Sequence record: NC_028829.1
DNA: 64,000 bases
Strand: one strand, 5' to 3'
Every line of letters starts with the position of its first letter. Within the stretch, counting starts at the first letter, position 1. The position numbers were made by a program, and so were the translations under genes. Under the pieces are notes generated by a model. That model saw only the letters and a program-made list of their open reading frames with translations, searched no databases and was not told where the DNA came from. Positions 45,475-54,791 of the stretch are shown here, piece by piece.

Positions 45475-45964
45475 ATCTGCGACGTTTTTTAAACTTCGAT
45501 TTTTTCACTTTTTTGACTGCTCGATTTAAAAAGCTTTCTTTTTTCTGTTTCTTCTTGACTACAGTCTTTGTTATCTTCTTCGCTTCTACCTTTTTAGGTT
45601 CAACACGTTTAATCACTGGCGCTTTCTTTACAGGCTGCTTGATTACAACTTGCTTAACGTGCGTCTTCTTCGACTCAAAAGAATCACCTACTTCGTCGAT
45701 TAACTCAGCAGCAACAAAACCAATCGCTGCATCACCTAAATCAAACCCGTCATCTTGCTGTACAACGACTGTCTGTGGTTGTTGCGGTTGTTCTTCAACA
45801 ACAGGCGGCGTCACATCAAACTTTTCAGTAGTTGGTGCGTCAACTAGTAGCTGTTCATCTTCTTGTTCAGCATAGTAAGCGTTAGTATCAAGCGTCGCAG
45901 GTTTGTTGTCACATGCGGCAAGTGTCAGTGTTGCTAGTGCAACGAGTATAATTTTACGAATCAT
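45473..45964 (-). CDS. lipoprotein
   Basis: Signal peptide with lipobox LAAC; acidic middle, Lys-rich tail. Confidence 0.8.
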   Translation of the reverse strand: MIRKIILVALATLTLAACDNKPATLDTNAYYAEQEDEQLLVDAPTTEKFDVTPPVVEEQPQQPQTVVVQQDDGFDLGDAAIGFVAAELIDEVGDSFESKKTHVKQVVIKQPVKKAPVIKRVEPKKVEAKKITKTVVKKKQKKESFLNRAVKKVKKSKFKKRRR

Positions 45965-46644
45965 AATAGCTCCGTGTGAAATAATTCACTAGTTTCTTCA
46001 AAGAATTTAACAGCATCTTTTTCATTGATGAAAGTATGCCACTTCATTGATGTATGTTGCGTTTCGACCATTAGTTGATTTATTGCTACGACATATCGAC
46101 CGCTATCATCTTGACCAAGTGTGACGATTCTATCGGCTTTCTCGTTGCTGTCAAAATACTGGTCAATTATTGTATCTATACCATGTGCATCTTTATCAAA
46201 TCGAACTTCTTGATCGATGCCTAAATGCGTCTCAAGACGGTCTAGTTTGTGCAATAATGCATCGTTCTGACTCTTCAACACGCGATTCTGAATGCTTTTA
46301 TCAAACTTAGACACAACCCATGAGTTGATAATACCAATAGTCAAACCAAGTAACGATGTACCAACAACAAACATACACCCGATGACATATCGACCACCCG
46401 TAGTGACAGGGTACTTGTCACCAAAACCGATTGTACTCATTGCCATCCATACTGTCCAGAACGAATCACCCGGTGTTTTGATGTTCGCGTCAGGGTTTTG
46501 TATTTCGAATGAAAATAGTATATTTGCCGCAGTAAGTGCTATTGATAGAGCGATTACTATCATCAAACCGAATATCATCAGCATATTATACTGAGCAACT
46601 CCATGCTCATCGTATTTTCGAATATGTTTCTTAAATCGTTTCAT
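45961..46644 (-). CDS. potassium channel (2TM-1P, Ion_trans_2-like)
   Basis: TM1, pore helix DSFWTVWMAMS, filter TIGFGD, YPVT..GR, TM2. Confidence 0.88.
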   Translation of the reverse strand: MKRFKKHIRKYDEHGVAQYNMLMIFGLMIVIALSIALTAANILFSFEIQNPDANIKTPGDSFWTVWMAMSTIGFGDKYPVTTGGRYVIGCMFVVGTSLLGLTIGIINSWVVSKFDKSIQNRVLKSQNDALLHKLDRLETHLGIDQEVRFDKDAHGIDTIIDQYFDSNEKADRIVTLGQDDSGRYVVAINQLMVETQHTSMKWHTFINEKDAVKFFEETSELFHTELL

Positions 46645-46975
46645 TGTCGTTCACCGCCAGTGCAATTGTGAATTGAAAGTATTCTTTAAGTTCTGCATAA
46701 TCAGAATCACTTAGAGTTTCTTTGATGAATTTGATAGTTGCCTTCAATGCACCGTGAGGCAAGATAACTTGATCATCGTTGCAGTACTCAATGTCATAAC
46801 GCTCGGCTAACACATTCAGATGATAATCGCGATATACTGAACGTTGAATACTGTTCATGCAGCCATATGCGAAAGCAAGAGCACTGCGGTATTTTTCTTT
46901 ATTAACGACCGCTGCGTCATTCTGTTCGACAAGTGCTTCAACAGCGCGTAAGTCAGTAGCGTTCATAACTTTCAT
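46631..46975 (-). CDS. hypothetical protein
   Basis: GAGGAAAACATTATG start. Confidence 0.8.
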   Translation of the reverse strand: MKVMNATDLRAVEALVEQNDAAVVNKEKYRSALAFAYGCMNSIQRSVYRDYHLNVLAERYDIEYCNDDQVILPHGALKATIKFIKETLSDSDYAELKEYFQFTIALAVNDNETI

Positions 46976-46987
46976 AATGTTTTCCTC

Positions 46988-47245
46988 TTATAAGCAATCA
47001 ATGTGAACTTCGATAGAATTTAGGTCATCAGACGAGAACCACGTAATATCATACGGTTGAACTTCGTCTGTGTCGTCATCATGAACATAACCAACACCAA
47101 TACTACCTCGACGCGGTGAAATTACAAGACATCCGATGATTTCACGATACTCAGTGATTGTGTGAACTTCACCATCAGTAGTTGTACAAGCATAGTCGAT
47201 GTCATATGTTGATTCTAGTGAAGCGATAATTTGTTGTGCAGTCAT
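46988..47245 (-). CDS. hypothetical early protein
   Basis: First gene after cassette. Confidence 0.8.
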   Translation of the reverse strand: MTAQQIIASLESTYDIDYACTTTDGEVHTITEYREIIGCLVISPRRGSIGVGYVHDDDTDEVQPYDITWFSSDDLNSIEVHIDCL

Positions 47246-47280
47246 AATGTTCTCTTTCGTTGTTTCGTTTCAGTAGTTGT

Positions 47281-47320
47281 ATAATACACAAAAGGGCTGA
47301 CCGAAGTCAACCCTTTTTTT
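47281..47320 (-). promoter_or_regulatory. rIIB terminator fused with early promoter
   Basis: GGGTTGAC-TTCG-GTCAGCCC-T4; TTGACT(47305-10)-18bp-TATTAT(47281-86). Confidence 0.8.
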
Positions 47321-47324
47321 AAAA

Positions 47325-48356
47325 TTATTTCAAAGTATTTTTGTCTAGCTCTTTCAGAACTAGATATTCGCTACAGCGCAACTTGGTGTTGTTGTAATCA
47401 GATGGTACAGACACAACATCACGTGGGTTGACTTTACAAAGCACGACGCGATTACCAGCAGCTCCACCGAAGTGTGGCAAATAACCCTTAGAACATACGT
47501 GCAGACCAGCAGAACACGTTTGATCTTTGTTGTCGTTCACTTGGTGACGCAACATCCATACACGTGTACCTGGCTTATTGCACATTTTGTTACTGTGAAT
47601 GTCTTTGTAGTTGTCGCGAATCTTTTTGTACGCTAAGAAGTGACCATCATCGGTTAGTTCGATGTCAGCAGCTTCTAAGAAGCCGTAAAGCTCTTCGACA
47701 GCGCGACGCGATGGGTTCTCGATTAGATTCTCGAAGAACTTCACAAGCTTAGTAACTTGAGTCTTGTCACCATTTTCCATTGCTTCGAGAATGCGACCCG
47801 TCATACCACCATCGATATCAAGATCTTTATACTTAACTACGCCACCTTTCACGACGACATTACCAAGCATGAACTCTTCAAGACCTTTCGCTACATCTAG
47901 AAGTTCAACAGCAAGCGCGCCGTCACCATCGATCAATGCAGCAACGATTTTAGAGTAGTTCGGTGCTGTAATGTCAGCAGAGTATGCTTCACCATGGTAT
48001 GTGAATGATACATTCACTGGTGTAATCACGTAAGCAAATTCTTCAATTGCTTCATCAAGCTTTTGCTCGATTGTTTTATCAGGTGTTTTTGCTTTCGGCT
48101 CTTCTGCCGTACCAGTTTCATTAATCAGAGCGTTCAGATTTTCTTTGAACACGTCTTGGCAATGCTGTTTTCGACGTGGGCGTTTCACAACTTGCTTTGC
48201 AGTGTTCAAACTGAATTTGCCTTCACGATGTTCAGCAAGAACACGTCGCAGAGTAGTCGGCGAAGTATTATGCTTCGCCGCGTTGTCTTTCTGTGTCATA
48301 CCATTAGCAGATGCTTTAACGATAGACTGTTTTGTTTCGAGTGGCAAATTAACCAT
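47325..48356 (-). CDS. rIIB: RIIB protector from prophage-induced early lysis
   Basis: N-terminal HTH; LYGFL, DG.FLAYKK, Y.DIHS, CSAGLHVCS..Y, VNPRDVVSVP.DYNNTKLRCSEY. Confidence 0.93.
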   Translation of the reverse strand: MVNLPLETKQSIVKASANGMTQKDNAAKHNTSPTTLRRVLAEHREGKFSLNTAKQVVKRPRRKQHCQDVFKENLNALINETGTAEEPKAKTPDKTIEQKLDEAIEEFAYVITPVNVSFTYHGEAYSADITAPNYSKIVAALIDGDGALAVELLDVAKGLEEFMLGNVVVKGGVVKYKDLDIDGGMTGRILEAMENGDKTQVTKLVKFFENLIENPSRRAVEELYGFLEAADIELTDDGHFLAYKKIRDNYKDIHSNKMCNKPGTRVWMLRHQVNDNKDQTCSAGLHVCSKGYLPHFGGAAGNRVVLCKVNPRDVVSVPSDYNNTKLRCSEYLVLKELDKNTLK

Positions 48357-50418
48357 TTCGTTTTCCTCTCAAGAGTTTAATAAGTTTTGTAGTCGATTCT
48401 TCACATGTATTAGAACCAACAAGTTTGAATAGCAATTCATATTTCGATTCATTTTGAATCTTTTTCAACTTCTCTAAGTGCTTTTCTTGCTCTTGCGTTC
48501 GAATCTCGCGAATAGCAGAGAAGTGGTCACACAATCGGTCAATCGTCTGATTGCACGTGTGATAAGAACGAGCGTAACCAAAGTAATTACGAACCGCATC
48601 GTTATTCCACGTCATTGGCAGAACACTGCGATAACCATACAGATTGTTATCAACTGTGTATGATTTCCAATCAATTTTACTACGCAATTCACGCTTGTTA
48701 AACTTAATATCGAAGATATTTACAGCTTTTTCATTACCTTTGATGTGAACGTACTCAGGACGTCGAGCAATGTAAACAACATCAATCCCTTTGATACGCA
48801 TAATAGTCTCGATCATACCCAACGAACGATGATAATCAAGACCGTGACCACACTCTGGCACTTTCTCAATGTAATCACGGAATAAACTGACATAATGAAA
48901 TGAACCACTCTTCAGTACTTCGCGTTTAACATCAGATGCTTTAACTGTGCGCTCACCTTTATCATTAATTCGCATTTCATATAGACGAATTGTAGTTGGC
49001 GCTGGTTTTTTCTTGACGCTCTTCTTCTGAGGGGTGTAGTTCGCCTTCAAATCAGATGTTTTCAACACACGATATTCACAATCACGAAGACGTTCTTTAA
49101 AGAATGCCAACGGTGCAGTCGTAGACGGCTTATCATCGTGATGATAGTAAATACTCACGCTTTCTTGGCGAATGTATTCTTTCGTGATTGCAACACCACC
49201 AGACTTCAAATCATCAACAATAATCGTAATCGGGTTTTTCGAGTAATCGTTACGAGGGTTGACCAAGTCGTACGGACGAGCAGCGCGTGTATTACGTTGA
49301 ACACCTTCTTTATTGCTGTGCTCAGGGCGCATACGTACAGTTTTACCCATAATCGGGAAATCTTTCAACATACGACTTGCATACGTAACCACAAGCTCAT
49401 CGTTGAACTTCAGTTTCTTCAGCACAACGTCATTGAATCGTCTGTCACAAGCGCGATACGCATCACCAATGTAATCAAAGTTCTGATCATCAACCCACTT
49501 CTGTGCTTCAGCTAGGAACTTAGAGTTAATCTGTTTAACACGCTTATTGATGTTATCAATCGTATAGTCATCGTAGTGAAGTTCTTCACGCGACGCGCTA
49601 ACATCAAGTTCACCAATCGGGAATTCGATGAATAAATCTGAGTCTTTAAAATAGTTTCGAATCAGATGAATTTCTTGAATGTGACCTTCACTCAATGGGT
49701 AACAAACATTGCCCATAACTGCATACACATCACCAGAACGCCATGTATTTCTTTTACTTTCAGTAAAGTAACCGTCCATATGTGTGAAGTTACGCTCAGG
49801 AAGCGTCATGTTCGTTTCAACCGATGGCGATTTGAAGTACGGCATAACGTTTTGAGCCGCGTCTTTGAAACGGTCGAAGTCTTCTTTTCGAACAGGGACG
49901 ATTACTTCTACACCATCTGGTTCATCAGTCGGTGCAGGTTCTGACATACAAGTGATTGCAGGTTCACCTTTGTCGAGATATGCTGAATACACAGCTTTAA
50001 GACCGTTTTTAGTTGACTTAACAGTGAACGACTGACCATTGTTGTAGCTAAACGGTGTCTTTGAACCAAGACCCATCGCACCAATCACATCGTTCGAATC
50101 GTCTTTCGTTGAGTCAAAAACAGTAGTGTATACACCGAAGATCTCATCATCGCTCATACCGCAGCCGAAGTCTTTGACGCTAAACCAAGGTTCGAACTGA
50201 TTCGGCAAGTGTACTTCGATTGATTTATCGATATTTTTGTTCATTTGATGAGCATCCCAGCCGTTACACGTCAATTCACGTACAATAGCTAGAATAGGGT
50301 CTTTGTATAGTGTAGTCGAAATAATACGAAAGCCTTTTGCACTTGCTTTCATATTAAAGCCAGCCGTTCGCATCTTACCAGATGTCTGGACTTTACTTTC
50401 AGGGGTATGAATAATCAT
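48349..50418 (-). CDS. rIIA: RIIA protector from prophage-induced early lysis (GHKL ATPase N-domain)
   Basis: LYKDPILAIVRELTCNGWDA, DFGCGMS, FDSTK, GAMGLGSKTPFSY, SASREEL; adjacent to rIIB. Confidence 0.94.
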   Translation of the reverse strand: MIIHTPESKVQTSGKMRTAGFNMKASAKGFRIISTTLYKDPILAIVRELTCNGWDAHQMNKNIDKSIEVHLPNQFEPWFSVKDFGCGMSDDEIFGVYTTVFDSTKDDSNDVIGAMGLGSKTPFSYNNGQSFTVKSTKNGLKAVYSAYLDKGEPAITCMSEPAPTDEPDGVEVIVPVRKEDFDRFKDAAQNVMPYFKSPSVETNMTLPERNFTHMDGYFTESKRNTWRSGDVYAVMGNVCYPLSEGHIQEIHLIRNYFKDSDLFIEFPIGELDVSASREELHYDDYTIDNINKRVKQINSKFLAEAQKWVDDQNFDYIGDAYRACDRRFNDVVLKKLKFNDELVVTYASRMLKDFPIMGKTVRMRPEHSNKEGVQRNTRAARPYDLVNPRNDYSKNPITIIVDDLKSGGVAITKEYIRQESVSIYYHHDDKPSTTAPLAFFKERLRDCEYRVLKTSDLKANYTPQKKSVKKKPAPTTIRLYEMRINDKGERTVKASDVKREVLKSGSFHYVSLFRDYIEKVPECGHGLDYHRSLGMIETIMRIKGIDVVYIARRPEYVHIKGNEKAVNIFDIKFNKRELRSKIDWKSYTVDNNLYGYRSVLPMTWNNDAVRNYFGYARSYHTCNQTIDRLCDHFSAIREIRTQEQEKHLEKLKKIQNESKYELLFKLVGSNTCEESTTKLIKLLRGKRNG

Positions 50419-50587
50419 GTATTTCTCACATATCGTTAATTACCTCGTTTAGAGCGTCCACTGCTTCTATATGAGGCATCTTGTATTGCTTTTCAAGACA
50501 ATGAATGATGTCATCGAATTCATATTCAGACTCAATCATGTCGCGTATCATGTTGTCAATCATAGTAGTTCTCCTATTTTCAAGCAA

Positions 50588-50615
50588 ATTATACATGACT
50601 GACAATACATGTCAA
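50588..50615 (-). promoter_or_regulatory. promoter upstream of rII operon
   Basis: TTGACA-16bp-TATAAT. Confidence 0.65.
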
Positions 50616-50618
50616 CAT

Positions 50619-50915
50619 TTATCGAGGGATTGTCGTGCGAAGATTTGCAGCTTCGACTAACGCAGCGCGATAAGCATCTGGGTACTTTTGCTCTACGATT
50701 TCAGGTTCGACAATCGTCGCTGAACTACCGCAAGGTAATTTGGCATTGTTGCTAACACCACCATAAGTTCTGAGTTCTAGGTATTTACGACGACCATCAG
50801 GCAAGTCAACAACGAGCAGTACGTTCATTGAGTAAGAACGACCTGAGTTCTTTGCACGCAATACAAAGTCACCGTCTTTAATTTCTCGACCGAAAAAATC
50901 TGTTTGTCTAGTCAT
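50619..50915 (-). CDS. hypothetical protein
   Basis: DFFGREIKDGDFV motif; start moved to MTRQTD. Confidence 0.75.
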   Translation of the reverse strand: MTRQTDFFGREIKDGDFVLRAKNSGRSYSMNVLLVVDLPDGRRKYLELRTYGGVSNNAKLPCGSSATIVEPEIVEQKYPDAYRAALVEAANLRTTIPR

Positions 50916-51180
50916 CACATGCCTCACTCAGTGTTGATTGACCGAAATACCAGCTACCTGCAAATGTAAGTTTCTTGCAGCCGTCTTTGGTGAAATCTTG
51001 CCAGAAGTCTACTTGCCAACCGTTTGTCTCAAGATCATGAGCTTCGTAGCCAATTTCTTGTAAGTAGTTGACAACATCAAACGGCGTAAACTCTTGCACG
51101 CTGTGTGCAATATTTGAACCTGCTTCAATTTTTTCAATCGCGAGGTCAATTACTTCTTTGATTCGAGTTTTATCTACCAT
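50908..51180 (-). CDS. hypothetical protein
   Basis: ETNGWQVDFW...GSWYFG. Confidence 0.75.
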   Translation of the reverse strand: MVDKTRIKEVIDLAIEKIEAGSNIAHSVQEFTPFDVVNYLQEIGYEAHDLETNGWQVDFWQDFTKDGCKKLTFAGSWYFGQSTLSEACDD

Positions 51181-51530
51181 TTTCGAATAATATCCCCGTT
51201 GTTTGTGCTTACATTACCAGCAACATCACCACATTTGATATCACCGTTTGTTGATGATACTGAACCATCAACATCGTCACATTCAATATCGCCATTAGTC
51301 GTTGTCACGTCACCTTGTACGTTACGACATGCAATATTGCCGTTCTCGTTTTGAACAAGAGTACAGTCACCATCAATGTACACGTTTACCACGCGGTCAT
51401 CAATATCACCTTGCAAACGACCGTCAACGACGACTTTGCCGTTCTTAACTGTCACACTTGTACCGTGATACTCAGTGCCATTGATCTTAATCGTACTACG
51501 ACTTGCTAGATTTGCTTTAAAATTGGACAT
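51174..51530 (-). CDS. beta-solenoid repeat protein (T.NGDI repeats)
   Basis: ENGNI, TTNGDI, STNGDI, TNNGDI repeats. Confidence 0.75.
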   Translation of the reverse strand: MSNFKANLASRSTIKINGTEYHGTSVTVKNGKVVVDGRLQGDIDDRVVNVYIDGDCTLVQNENGNIACRNVQGDVTTTNGDIECDDVDGSVSSTNGDIKCGDVAGNVSTNNGDIIRKW

Positions 51531-51547
51531 AGATTCCCTTATTTTTC

Positions 51548-51763
51548 TCATTTTCGTAAACGACATGCCACTCTCCACATGTAAACATCACCGAGCGTAG
51601 ATTCAGTTGAAACCAAGTAGGTCTCTAGCAATAGTTCGCTTTTGCGACTAAACAACTGAGTGCCGAATAGTGAATAATGAACATCACCATCTACGATTTT
51701 CATTTGTTGTGGTTTGTCGAATGTGTCTAGTAGACCTTCATAAGTTTCAACTGAAGTAATCAT
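51548..51763 (-). CDS. hypothetical protein
   Basis: Intact ORF in operon. Confidence 0.65.
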   Translation of the reverse strand: MITSVETYEGLLDTFDKPQQMKIVDGDVHYSLFGTQLFSRKSELLLETYLVSTESTLGDVYMWRVACRLRK

Positions 51764-52338
51764 ATTACTATAATCTCTGCTTTACCTGCGTAACCTTTTT
51801 GAAATACAAAGTGCGCATACTCAATCGAGTCTGTGCCTTTTGTACCGTGAAAAGATGGTCTTCGATGATGAACCATCACTGCTCTCAGGGGTGCTTCATC
51901 CCAGAAAGGCTTTCGTTTGATACTACCTAGCCAGTTAAGACGTTGTAGCATGACAACATAACCACCATTCTTGACTTCGCTCAGTGCTTTCTCTGCAAAA
52001 TCAACTGATAAGCTGAACGGTGGGTTAGTCATGATCATATCGTAGTAATTCACTTGAACATCAGCTTCAAGATAGTTCGCGATAATTTGCGCGTGACTGT
52101 CTTCGCGAATGTCCATTGTGTCAATATCAACATGATACAGTTTCTTGTAAGCTACGGGATATGCTGCTTTGTGTTCTGAACAACCACCGCATGATGGGTC
52201 AAGAACGTGCATAGCAGACATACTCAAATGATGAGTTGTATGTATGCGACGCTCGAAATGTTCAAGAAACTCTTCAACAATCCAGTCTGGCGTAGCGTAG
52301 TAATCGTCTTTGTTGACTTTACCTTTTGTGCTACTCAT
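51760..52338 (-). CDS. amino (N6-A/N4-C) DNA methyltransferase
   Basis: DYYATP, VLDPSCGG (SAM motif I), MTNPPF (motif IV), YAHFVF. Confidence 0.85.
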   Translation of the reverse strand: MSSTKGKVNKDDYYATPDWIVEEFLEHFERRIHTTHHLSMSAMHVLDPSCGGCSEHKAAYPVAYKKLYHVDIDTMDIREDSHAQIIANYLEADVQVNYYDMIMTNPPFSLSVDFAEKALSEVKNGGYVVMLQRLNWLGSIKRKPFWDEAPLRAVMVHHRRPSFHGTKGTDSIEYAHFVFQKGYAGKAEIIVI

Positions 52339-52339
52339 T

Positions 52340-52876
52340 TTAACCGTGTACTGTTAAGTATTTGTCGCGACCAATTTCGTAGATATTACCTTCTGCGTCA
52401 AGGTCGGTGAATACATCACGCCAGTTGATGTTGCTGCTTACAATGACAGGCATATCTTCTAAGCGAATACCCATTAGCTCAGACGTTACATGTCTTGCAT
52501 AGTCTTCGCTTGTGCCTTCGAACACCCAACAGTCACTGATTTTCTCGGCTGCATCTTCGAATGACATACAAACGTTGTTATCATACAATGCTTCGCAGAT
52601 TTCACGTTCTTGTTCATCGAGATTAAACCAAGCAAGTAGACCGTCGAAGTCTAATTCTTCTTCTTGTAAATCACATGGCATGTTGTGCCATTCAAATGCT
52701 ACATAAGCTGTTCCCTCATGGTTGTCCAAAAAGTCTTTGAACTCTGACGGGCAAACAGTGTAGTAATCACTCATACCAGCACATGAAATAGTGACAGCAA
52801 CTTCACCATCATACACATGGTCGATAGCTAATGCTTTTAGCTCTTCTTCACGTTCACTCAAGCTCATAGTCTTCAC
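52340..52876 (-). CDS. ArdA-like antirestriction DNA-mimic protein
   Basis: Very acidic 178 aa; FEGTSEDYARH...MP..V...INW..V..DL pattern like ArdA C-domain; first gene after early promoter. Confidence 0.55.
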   Translation of the reverse strand: MKTMSLSEREEELKALAIDHVYDGEVAVTISCAGMSDYYTVCPSEFKDFLDNHEGTAYVAFEWHNMPCDLQEEELDFDGLLAWFNLDEQEREICEALYDNNVCMSFEDAAEKISDCWVFEGTSEDYARHVTSELMGIRLEDMPVIVSSNINWRDVFTDLDAEGNIYEIGRDKYLTVHG

Positions 52877-52901
52877 TCACATAATTTGTTTCAAGGACTG
52901 T

Positions 52902-52930
52902 ATAGTACGATCAAAAAAGGGGACTGTCAA
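52902..52930 (-). promoter_or_regulatory. early promoter
   Basis: TTGACA-17bp-TACTAT. Confidence 0.75.
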
Positions 52931-52957
52931 CAACTTTCTCAAGTTATTTTCAATCCC

Positions 52958-53011
52958 CTAATATTACTAATATCTCTAACTTCACTAAAACTACTAATAC
53001 TACTAAGATGA
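52958..53011. repeat. six degenerate 9-bp repeats (CTAA every 9 bp)
   Basis: CTAA at 52958, 52967, 52976, 52985, 52994, 53003. Confidence 0.75.
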
Positions 53012-53036
53012 TGCCCAATTTTTGGGCCTCAGCTGG

Positions 53037-53588
53037 TTATTTCGCTTCGCTCTTCTTGTTCTTTTTAACCAGATTCCAGAATCGAAAGCCCAATTTCTTG
53101 ATTTGCTTTAACTGCTCTTCGATTGTCATCTTTCCACCGTGTAGACGTTTTGGCATTCTTACTTCTCTTGCATTGAGAAAACCATCTACTTCGATTATAC
53201 CAGCCCACTCAGGTACATCAGCATGGTCGACAAGACCTTTCGGGAATGCATACCAGAAGTAATTGCTCATTTTACCATCTTGCAATGCATCACGTTTTGG
53301 TGTTTTGGTATACTTGTCACGCCAGTGATCGTAAGACTCATTTTCGATTAGAACAGTTTTCTGCTCGTCAACTCGATAATCTGCTTTCGATACTTTGATT
53401 TCAATCTCATCACATAAACCACTTGGTCGAATACCAAATAAATCAGCTTCATTATCGAACTTGGTGTAACAGTTTGGTATAACCGCTGTGTATCTCTTGT
53501 GAATCCATACGCTTTGTACGGCAATTGCGTACTGTACATCTGCTTCTGTAATGTCTTTTGTGTCTTTCTCTTTTTTCATAAATGCCAT
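53037..53588 (-). CDS. PD-(D/E)XK-like protein (MmcB-like)
   Basis: EADLFGI...DEIEIKVSKADYRVD; NYFWYAFP...VPEWAGII. Confidence 0.6.
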   Translation of the reverse strand: MAFMKKEKDTKDITEADVQYAIAVQSVWIHKRYTAVIPNCYTKFDNEADLFGIRPSGLCDEIEIKVSKADYRVDEQKTVLIENESYDHWRDKYTKTPKRDALQDGKMSNYFWYAFPKGLVDHADVPEWAGIIEVDGFLNAREVRMPKRLHGGKMTIEEQLKQIKKLGFRFWNLVKKNKKSEAK

Positions 53589-53617
53589 GATAAGTCTCAC
53601 TCATATACTGTTATGAG

Positions 53618-53625
53618 TACTTATG
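53618..53625 (-). promoter_or_regulatory. late promoter-like CATAAGTA
   Basis: 30 nt upstream of ATG 53588, just after terminator. Confidence 0.4.
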
Positions 53626-53640
53626 TCATGTTTCAGATAC

Positions 53641-53664
53641 AAAAAAAGCTCCCGAAGGAGCTTT
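53641..53664 (-). terminator. intrinsic terminator (UUCG loop)
   Basis: AAAGCTCC-TTCG-GGAGCTTT plus T7. Confidence 0.85.
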
Positions 53665-53774
53665 ATCTATCGCGATAATTATCATCGCCGCAGTCAGGAC
53701 ACGACCAGAATATAATGCCACATACACTTGTTTCATTCCTGTTCGTGTGCTTGCAGTATAGTTTACGAAAGTGT

Positions 53775-54782
53775 TTAAAAAGTACCATCAACGATATTCA
53801 ACCAGTTCTTACGCAAGATCTCGTTGGCTACATTGACTAGAGAACGCTTGATAACATCCCAATCATCACGAGGGATTGCTACTTCGTCTCGTTCGTCACG
53901 TTCAAACTCATCTTTCGCGTCTTTGACAAACAAACCACTTACCATACCGAACTGCTTCGCTTCAACTTTGCCGATCTTACTCAGTACATTGCGCAAGCGG
54001 TTTTCAGTTAGATAACAACTAAATGCAGCGTGCAGTTTTTCTTGTTCTTCTGTAAGAACAACTTTAGCTCGCGGCGTTTTTCCCTGCTTATTCTTTTTCT
54101 CTTTGAATTTCTCATTCTTAACCTTCAAGATTGCACGAGAACCGTTGTGTAAGCGTTTCTCCGCTTTCAATTGCTTAACTACGAACCCTTCTGCTACGTT
54201 TTCACTATCAACGGCAGCGGGCGTGTGAAAGCTTCTGAAGAGGGGATCGATTTTAAGTAGTTCATCAAGTGTACCGCGTGCGATTTCGTGAGTCGTCTTG
54301 ACTCCAGCAAACTTACATGCTTTGAGCACAACATCCCAATCTAGAAACTCACCGGTTTCTGGACATAAGATATCGTAAGCCCAGAAATCTTTATCACCGT
54401 AGTTGACTTCTTTTTGAATGCCTTTACCTGCAAGTTCACCATAGACGATGATCGTTTCATCGTTTTTGATAAAATCATTGGCAAATAGCCAATTTGAGAT
54501 ATCTTGCATTTTTTCGATGTGAGCTTCTACAACGCTCGTACAACCGTAGAAGTCGTAATCACCCATAGCATTAGCGCCAATAGTAGAAGTGCGTTTAGCG
54601 GGCGTTACAGACATCTCTCCAGGTACTTGCTCAGTGCTTGGTTTGAATTCGACGATAAAGCTGAAGTTGGCACCGTGGATCTTCTCAAGAGCTACCCATT
54701 CTTTGACGCCAAGCATGTCACATTTGTCTACGAATGCTTGACGGTAGCTGTTTTCTAATGATGTGTATTTCACAAAGCTCAT
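53775..54782 (-). CDS. rnlB: RNA ligase 2
   Basis: F.KYTSLEN, EKIHGANFS (motif I), YGELAG, FWAYDI, EGFVVK, ILKVKN.KF.E. Confidence 0.95.
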   Translation of the reverse strand: MSFVKYTSLENSYRQAFVDKCDMLGVKEWVALEKIHGANFSFIVEFKPSTEQVPGEMSVTPAKRTSTIGANAMGDYDFYGCTSVVEAHIEKMQDISNWLFANDFIKNDETIIVYGELAGKGIQKEVNYGDKDFWAYDILCPETGEFLDWDVVLKACKFAGVKTTHEIARGTLDELLKIDPLFRSFHTPAAVDSENVAEGFVVKQLKAEKRLHNGSRAILKVKNEKFKEKKNKQGKTPRAKVVLTEEQEKLHAAFSCYLTENRLRNVLSKIGKVEAKQFGMVSGLFVKDAKDEFERDERDEVAIPRDDWDVIKRSLVNVANEILRKNWLNIVDGTF

Positions 54783-54791
54783 AATTTTACC

